From NCBI GenBank assembly GCA_032251435.1, contig JAVVEH010000024.1, forward strand, positions 1,919 through 65,918: a stretch of 64,000 nucleotides of DNA, in the 5' to 3' direction. Below, piece by piece: positions 58,901-64,000 of the stretch. Under the pieces are notes generated by a model. The model saw only the letters and a program-made list of their open reading frames with translations, was not told the origin of the DNA and did no database searches. A program made the position numbers and the translations under genes. The DNA is from Lentisphaeria bacterium (GTDB lineage Bacteria; Verrucomicrobiota; Lentisphaeria; Oligosphaerales; MVZH01). Within the stretch, counting starts at the first letter, position 1; each line of letters begins with the position of its first letter.

Positions 58901-59869
58901 GTGGTCGAGATCGCTATCGGCGGCAAACGGATCATGACCACCGTGGAGGGGCGCGAACGCTTTCCGGTCCGCGTGCGCTACCAGCGCGAACTGCGCGACA
59001 GCATCGAGGCCATGGCCAGAATTCTCGTCCCCGGCAAGGAGGGTCGGCAGATTCCGATCTCCGAGCTGGCCGAAATCCGCTATGCGCGGGGTCCGCAGGT
59101 CATCAAGAGCGAGGACACCTTTCTCGTCGGCTATGTCGTCTTCGACAAAAAGCCGGGCTTCGCGGAGGTGGATGTCGTCGAGCAGTGCCAGGCGTATCTT
59201 CAGGACAAGATCGACCGTGGCGAGTTCACTTTGCCGCGCGGGGTCAGCTATGAGTTCGCCGGCAGCTACGAGAATCAGCTCCGCGCCACCAAGACCCTGG
59301 CGGTCATTCTGCCCCTGGCCTTGTTCGCGATCTTCATGATCATCTACCTCCAGTTCAAGTCCGCGTCCACCACGCTGCTGGTCTTTTCGGGTATCTTTGT
59401 GGCCTGGTGCGGCGGCTTCCTGCTTCTCTGGCTTTATGGTCAGCCCTGGTTCATGAACTTCAGCCTGTTTGGGGTCGACATGCGCGCCCTGTTCCAGATC
59501 GGCGCGATCAATCTGAGCGTCGCCGTCTGGGTCGGCTTCCTGGCGCTGTTCGGCATCGCCACCGACGACGGCGTGGTGATGTGCGCCTACCTCACCCAGA
59601 TCTTCCGCGAAGCGCCTCCCGGCACCCGCGAAGCGATTCGCGAACGGGTGGTGGAAGCCGGCCGGCGCCGCGTCAAACCATGCCTGATGACCACCGCCAC
59701 CACCATCCTCGCCCTGCTTCCGGTCTTGACTTCGACCGGCCGCGGCAGCGATGTCATGGTCCCCATGGCGATCCCGTCGTTCGGCGGCATGCTGATCGAA
59801 GTCCTTACCATGCTGGTCGTCCCCGTGCTGTACTGCTGGATCCAGGAGCGGAAACTGAAACGTCCCTAA
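55898..59869 (+). CDS. cusA: CusA/CzcA heavy-metal RND efflux pump
   Basis: VDAIPDIGENQQIV, GPDATALG, PFYDRT, AIGTIVD, GKEFMPPLDEG, MTTATT; GTG overlaps the cusB stop with a GAGGAGG SD. Confidence 0.92.
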   Translation: MSGADPRQTPPDPQTPEQRSLVGRLTRFCLENRLVVGLFTAAIIFAGILAAPFDWRAGGLQRYPVAVDAIPDIGENQQIVFTQWMGRSPQDVEDQIGYRLTVSLLGIPGVKTIRSYSMFGFSTVYVIFKEDVEFYWSRTRVLEKLNSLPPGTLPEGVQPTLGPDATALGQIYWYTLEGRDPDGKPAGGWGPEELRTIQDWYARYWLLAADGVAEVGSIGGYVKEYQIDVDPDAMRAYGVTLDQVFQAVKAANIDVGANTLEINRTEYFIRGVGFIKTLEDIRDSVIAVGADNVPVLVRQVGTVALGPEARRGALDKGGAAVVGGVVVARYGENPLAVINNVKEKIAETRESLPAKVLIDDEAASREAVEAYADANGFAAYAGAELNNDTWLAHLRSRPRADWPSWATISKVTVAPFYDRTGLIYETLGTLNDAIAQQILVTIIVVLVMVLHLRSGVLISGMLPLTVLLCFVGMKLFGVQANIVALSGIAIAIGTIVDMGIVVCENILRHLDQREAGSGEGGSAATEAAQSTLETVHRAVSEVGGAVLTAVLTTIVSFLPVFAMIGAEGKLFKPLAYTKTFALVASIIIALTVLPPAAHLLFCGKITGRKLKTALNGGLVIAGVAVALTLAWWAGLILALFGIYHLTGGRVPERFRRHAPLAASVLVILAVGVLLTTYWEPLGPERGFPRNLVFVAVIIGGLLGFFALFQMIYARLLRWCLRHKAAFLSIPAALLLLGGMVWLGVPTMFGWLPATVMKSRPVQYLAHAFPGLGKEFMPPLDEGSFLWMPTTMAHASIGEVLDILEKQDMAFAAIPEIESAVGKLGRAETPLDPAPISMIETVINYKPEYLTDKDGRRINFKYDRRTGAFARDADGELIPDRNGRPFRQWRDHIRTPDDIWDEIVKAAKMPGTTSAPKLQPIAARIVMLQSGMRAPMGVKVKGADLETIEKVGMRIERFLKEVPSVEPAAVIADRIVGKPYLEIHPDRRALARYGIPIRQFQDVVEIAIGGKRIMTTVEGRERFPVRVRYQRELRDSIEAMARILVPGKEGRQIPISELAEIRYARGPQVIKSEDTFLVGYVVFDKKPGFAEVDVVEQCQAYLQDKIDRGEFTLPRGVSYEFAGSYENQLRATKTLAVILPLALFAIFMIIYLQFKSASTTLLVFSGIFVAWCGGFLLLWLYGQPWFMNFSLFGVDMRALFQIGAINLSVAVWVGFLALFGIATDDGVVMCAYLTQIFREAPPGTREAIRERVVEAGRRRVKPCLMTTATTILALLPVLTSTGRGSDVMVPMAIPSFGGMLIEVLTMLVVPVLYCWIQERKLKRP

Positions 59870-59888
59870 CCCGCATATTTCGTGAAAA

Positions 59889-60368
59889 ATGAAAAAATGT
59901 AGTTCAGTATGTTTGCGGGCAGGACTTTATGCAAAAACAAGAAAATTACAATTTGTATATGCCTACTGGGAAAACAAATCTCACCCTTCGGGCGCTTCCC
60001 CGGCGGCCCATATCCGCGCCTTTAGCTTCAAAGCAGTGATGGTGGCGGGTGAGGCACGCAAAGGCAAGCCATCCTACCTTTCACGCCTTGTTCTGGTCAG
60101 AGATGGTCAGGATGTGTGCACCATACAGCCTCCACGTCTGTTTAGCCGTGAACTGGTCTTCACATTCCCGAATAGGGATAGGTGTTCATTCAGGTACCAT
60201 CTTTTCGGCAACACATATCGCGGCTCATCAGAAGCAGGTTGGGGATACGAGGCAATCCAAAGCGGCGACGATTGGAATCTTTCTATATGGGGACTGGAGG
60301 ACGATCTCATTCTTCTTTCAGCACTGATCTACTGTTACCGCAATGTTTACTGGAATCGATATTCGTGA
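59889..60368 (+). CDS. Hypothetical protein, probable stray integron cassette gene
   Basis: 159 aa, abruptly more AT-rich than cusA, followed 20 nt later by a partial attC. Confidence 0.55.
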   Translation: MKKCSSVCLRAGLYAKTRKLQFVYAYWENKSHPSGASPAAHIRAFSFKAVMVAGEARKGKPSYLSRLVLVRDGQDVCTIQPPRLFSRELVFTFPNRDRCSFRYHLFGNTYRGSSEAGWGYEAIQSGDDWNLSIWGLEDDLILLSALIYCYRNVYWNRYS

Positions 60369-60388
60369 CCACGATTTAGAAACTCAAG

Positions 60389-60429
60389 ACACAACAAGCC
60401 TCTTGCACCGGACTTCGTACCTCAGCCGG
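60389..60429 (+). other. Truncated attC site
   Basis: ACACAAC-AAGCCTCTTGCACCGGACTTCGTACCTCAGCCGG, 35/38 identical to the attC at 42050-42107, but lacks TGAAGAG...GTT because the Y1 element junction follows. Confidence 0.82.
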
Positions 60430-60443
60430 AATTAAGTAGGAAT

Positions 60444-61400
60444 TAAGGGTCAGATACTGTATTTTTAAATATAAAATGCTACAATAAAGATATTTGCAAT
60501 TTTAAACTGTGATATCAATATATTTTAGAAAGATTATTTAAAGGCCAATTATTTAGTTTAAGACTTCGAGGCCATTGCCATGCCAAGACGCCGCCGCTGC
60601 TGGGTTAATCATGCCACCTATCACATCACCCATCGCTGTCATGAACGGCGTTTTCTTTTAAAATTTGCCAAATACCGGGACATGTACCGGCGCTATCTTT
60701 TCGAGGCCACCCGGCGGTTCAATATTTCCGTTCTGGCCTACGTGGTCACCTCCAATCATGTGCACCTTCTGATTGCCACAGGTGACCGGGGGCGCCCCCG
60801 GGTTTCGGAAGCCCTGCAGTATATTCATGGCGAGATGGGGCAGCACTACAACTTGCGTCGGCACCGAGAGGGGGCGTTCTGGTCCAATCGCTTTCACGCG
60901 ACCCGGATAGAAAGCGGTGTCCACCTGCAGCGCTGCCTTTTTTATATCGATATGAACATGGTGAGGGCGGGTGTGGTCCGGCATCCCGCGGAATGGCCGC
61001 ACGGGTCAGCGTTTGAGCTGGCATCCGACCGGCTGCGGTACCGGGTGATCGACCGGGCCAAACTGATTGGCAGGCTTGGGTTCGACGACTGGGACGAATT
61101 CAGGCAGTGGTATGACGGAGCGCTCGGGACAATTCTGGACCGTCGGATATTCATGCGCCGGGAATCCTTCTGGAGCACTTCCGTGGCGGTCGGCGGCGGC
61201 GAATGGATTGAATCGGTAGCGCGACAGAGGGGAATGAAGCGCTATAGCGCCTTGGAAACCGGTGTGGATTGGCCGGAAAACGTTAAATCAATTTTCGTAA
61301 GGGCAAAAAATAGCTCTTAGATCCCCTTATTTATTTTTTAAAATATATAAGTTGTTCAATATAAACAAAATAAGTTTCATAATATAGTGTCCGACCCTTA
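60444..61400 (+). mobile_element. Y1 (RAYT-like) transposase element with imperfect 20-bp terminal inverted repeats
   Basis: Left end TAAGGGTCAGATACTGTATT vs right end (reverse complement) TAAGGGTCGGACACTATATT, 17/20; AT-rich subterminal tracts; a single transposase ORF inside. Confidence 0.78.
60580..61320 (+). CDS. Y1/HUH tyrosine transposase (IS200-like, REP-associated type)
   Basis: TYHITHRC, YVVTSNHVHLL (HUH), FWSNRF, YIDMNMVRAG (catalytic Tyr), W..S.AVG. Confidence 0.92.
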   Translation: MPRRRRCWVNHATYHITHRCHERRFLLKFAKYRDMYRRYLFEATRRFNISVLAYVVTSNHVHLLIATGDRGRPRVSEALQYIHGEMGQHYNLRRHREGAFWSNRFHATRIESGVHLQRCLFYIDMNMVRAGVVRHPAEWPHGSAFELASDRLRYRVIDRAKLIGRLGFDDWDEFRQWYDGALGTILDRRIFMRRESFWSTSVAVGGGEWIESVARQRGMKRYSALETGVDWPENVKSIFVRAKNSS

Positions 61401-61453
61401 TGCGCAAACTGAAGAACTGAAGGAACTGAAGGCAAGAAAATCCTGACAACTGA

Positions 61454-62365
61454 TTACCCGACACTGACACAGGTCGAATCGATGGTAATCGGCAGGATGG
61501 CGCCGTCTTCCGCGTAGTCAACCCGGCTGATCCAGAAATCCCTGAAGAACCGGTTGTTGGAAAAGGCCATTTCGCAGTAGGTGAAGTACCACTGGCCTTT
61601 CCACTCGAAGTAATTCCCGTGCCGCCCCTGGGTGGGTCCATGCGGCCAGGTGCGTTCGCGGAAGCGCGCTTCCATTTTGTCGGGATCGATGACGCATCCA
61701 CGACAGTCATAAGGTCCCATCAGCGATTCGGACATGGCGTAGTAGCTGCCCCATGAGAGGTAGTAAAGTCCATTCCGTTTATGGAGCGACACCTTGTCAT
61801 CCGTCTTGCCCTTGCCGTAGGGGCCTTCCGGATTCTTCACCTCCAGCAATTGGGGTTTGCCAACAATGGAGAGCATGTCGTCGGCCATCCGCGCGATGTA
61901 GTAGTCCCAGACACCAAAGACAATGTAGACGGTTCCGTCATCCTCCTTGAAGAAACAGGGATCATACACCTTGGTGTCCGCGCAGTCGGGTTTCAGCAAT
62001 GGGCCGCCAAGCGGATCCTTCCATGGTCCGCCGGGCGCGTCACTCACGACCAGTGCAATCTGGGCGCCGTCTCCGTCGCGGTTCATATCCGACAGGGCCC
62101 AGTAGTGCTTGCCGTCCTTCTCGACCGCGTCCGTGGCCCAGCACGCATCCATGGGCTTGCCGATATAGATGTCTTCAGGTTTCAGCGTCGACTCATGCCG
62201 CCAATTTAGAAGATCATCGGATGACCAGACCCACCAGTCCTTCATGACGAATGTCTTGTTGTCCTTCGCGTGATCGTGCGAAGCGTAAAGGTACGCCCGA
62301 TCATTGAAGATGTGGATATGCGGGTCGTTGACCCCCTGACCGATGATGTTGATGGCTTCTTTCAT
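61454..62365 (-). CDS. Glycoside hydrolase family 43
   Basis: NDPHIHIF..RAYLYASHD, WATD, YDPCFF.EDDG, HKRNGLYYLSW, HGNYFEWKGQWY. Confidence 0.87.
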   Translation of the reverse strand: MKEAINIIGQGVNDPHIHIFNDRAYLYASHDHAKDNKTFVMKDWWVWSSDDLLNWRHESTLKPEDIYIGKPMDACWATDAVEKDGKHYWALSDMNRDGDGAQIALVVSDAPGGPWKDPLGGPLLKPDCADTKVYDPCFFKEDDGTVYIVFGVWDYYIARMADDMLSIVGKPQLLEVKNPEGPYGKGKTDDKVSLHKRNGLYYLSWGSYYAMSESLMGPYDCRGCVIDPDKMEARFRERTWPHGPTQGRHGNYFEWKGQWYFTYCEMAFSNNRFFRDFWISRVDYAEDGAILPITIDSTCVSVG

Positions 62366-62468
62366 TTCTCGTTATATCCTTCGATTTCCAACCGCTCCAT
62401 TAACCCGTCTTCCTGGAATGGGGGCAGCCAGTTCTCTAATTTTGCTCGTTCGGCCATTCGTTAGATCT

Positions 62469-64000
62469 CTACGCTTTCTCATATCGGCACTCATCTGGTG
62501 CGGAAATGATCGTGATGTCTGTCCTATTCCCGCCTTTTGACACCTCAACTTTAATTTGACCAAACGGTGTCGGCACTGCAACACGAATCCATTCAAGGGC
62601 GCCCAGTTGAGGTTTTACGGTGAACGTTCTGTAACCTGGGCTGAGCGGCCGGACACCAGCAACCGTGGCGGGAAGCGTGTAGGAAATGCCCGATGACCAG
62701 CCATGACAAAGACTCGTCCACAATGCGGGTATGGTACCGTCCTCGTGTACGCATTCCCAGTACGTATCGGCTCCCCGGTCAAGCATATTGCCCCAACACC
62801 GGGCAAGCAAATCCCAAGCCTGAGGCAGGCCGTGAGCAAAGAGGGCCTCAACTTGGAAGAAGTTCATCACAGGCCAGACACAGTCGTTGTGAACGGGTGG
62901 TCCGGACTGGCCAATAATGGGACCAAAGCCACCATCCGCCTTCCGTGGCCGTTCCACAGGAAAACTGCCGTATGGCCCCCACAGATTCCTCTGAAGGTAT
63001 TTTGCCGCCGAACTGGCTTGATGGCTATCAGCGATCCCGTAAAGCATGGCGAAACTGTTTAGAGATTCTTCCACACACACCACACTGCAACGATGGCCGA
63101 TGTTTGCATGGGGTGGGCGTGGATCGAGATAGCAGCCCCTAGCCGTATCCCAGAAATATGCATTCACGGCCTTCCCGACCTGCTGTGCTGCCAGTTCGTA
63201 TCGCGTTGAATAGGTCTGGTCACCAACTACAGCGGCCAGCTTTGCGGTATCCTGAAGGGCTTTGAAAAGCAGAGCCTCTCCTCCTCCAAATACCTCCCGC
63301 CGTCCTTCCTTGACCAGCAAACCGTGCTTATCGCGCCGGGCAAGAAGGGCATCAATATTCTTCTTTGCCGTGGGGTAGAGTTCGTAGACTAGCTCTGAAT
63401 CATCCAGATAAAGATAGTGGGTGTAGAGGCCGATGTTCCACCAGCAGGCGTAATCCCATAGGCTTGTGTGAGCGCCTATAATCCCTTCTCCCGAGTATCT
63501 GCCTGCAAAGAACCGCCATGTTGAGCGAAACAAGTCCCGATCTCCAAAACTGTAGTAGTTGACCAGCGCTGTCACAAGGGCATCGAAGATCCATGGGAGT
63601 TTGTCTCGCCTTACACCGTCTTCGTAGAACTCCTCCTGCATACAGAGCCTCGCCGTGCGAACTCCTGTTTCATGTAAAGCATTCATCCGCGGATCTGAGC
63701 ATACAAAGTCACCCGCGGCTTTGATTTGATGGCCGGAAACCGCAATGCCGATTGAGATCACTTCCAGTGGTGGGTCTTCAGGCGTAAGAGTCAGCTTGCA
63801 CCATCTGGCAGCAAACCGCTCTACGGACTGCCATACGTCCTCTCCCCTGACGAGTTGCACATCTTCTCTCTGTGGCCATTCATCGCTGTGTTCGACATGT
63901 CCGAAAGGCAAGCCCAATGCTTCATTGCGCGACTCGCCACAGCGATACTGAACCGTGCCACGCCCTCGGAAGCTAATTCTAAGGAAGCCCACGACCTCAT
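62469..64000 (-). CDS. GH78-like alpha-L-rhamnosidase-related protein (5' end probably outside window)
   Basis: EDGVRRDKLPWIFD, WGNML..GADTYWE, SLCHGWSSG, PGYRTFTVKPQLG..VPTPFG. Confidence 0.82.
   Translation of the reverse strand, partial: EVVGFLRISFRGRGTVQYRCGESRNEALGLPFGHVEHSDEWPQREDVQLVRGEDVWQSVERFAARWCKLTLTPEDPPLEVISIGIAVSGHQIKAAGDFVCSDPRMNALHETGVRTARLCMQEEFYEDGVRRDKLPWIFDALVTALVNYYSFGDRDLFRSTWRFFAGRYSGEGIIGAHTSLWDYACWWNIGLYTHYLYLDDSELVYELYPTAKKNIDALLARRDKHGLLVKEGRREVFGGGEALLFKALQDTAKLAAVVGDQTYSTRYELAAQQVGKAVNAYFWDTARGCYLDPRPPHANIGHRCSVVCVEESLNSFAMLYGIADSHQASSAAKYLQRNLWGPYGSFPVERPRKADGGFGPIIGQSGPPVHNDCVWPVMNFFQVEALFAHGLPQAWDLLARCWGNMLDRGADTYWECVHEDGTIPALWTSLCHGWSSGISYTLPATVAGVRPLSPGYRTFTVKPQLGALEWIRVAVPTPFGQIKVEVSKGGNRTDITIISAPDECRYEKA

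Noticed and set aside
62372..62468. attC site between the GH78 and GH43 genes
   Set aside because: AAC and GTT triplets are present but there are no pairing L boxes or stem.

Overview
Bacterial chromosomal window, probably from the PVC superphylum, Lentisphaerota/Kiritimatiellota-like. This is an inference from the MurC-MurB-Ddl fusion, a PEP-CTERM protein, a XylR-type regulator, URO-D-family paralogs and many glycoside hydrolases. From left to right: (1) a defence pair, a type IIG restriction-modification enzyme coupled to a HEPN (RxxxxH) protein; (2) a sugar-catabolism and housekeeping block (GH2 x2, clan-D GH, SerA-like, MarC, URO-D, SpeE-like, MFS plus regulator, hemerythrin, a single-chain MurC-MurB-Ddl, DPSL, PEP-CTERM, XylR, GT4, ppk1/ppx, GH78); (3) a decayed accessory region at about 39.7-45.4 kb with an integrase-less cassette array (five attC-like sites plus one half site), one intact toxin-antitoxin system (BrnTA), two disarmed toxin genes and Y1/RAYT transposase remnants; (4) ROK/deacetylase/nagB, Ktr/Trk K+ uptake and a GC-rich Cus-type metal efflux cluster; (5) a lone cassette whose attC is cut by an intact Y1 (RAYT-like) transposase element with 20-bp terminal inverted repeats, then GH43 and a partial GH78. 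Best candidates for undescribed biology: the TIR-bounded HUH/Y1 element sitting inside an attC hairpin, together with related element ends that carry stuttered junctions; in-frame heptamer/hairpin repeat inserts in protein loops; the IIG-HEPN operon; and the triple Mur fusion. I recognised no rRNA, tRNA, CRISPR array, integron integrase or reverse transcriptase. All calls were made by eye from motifs, with no database search.
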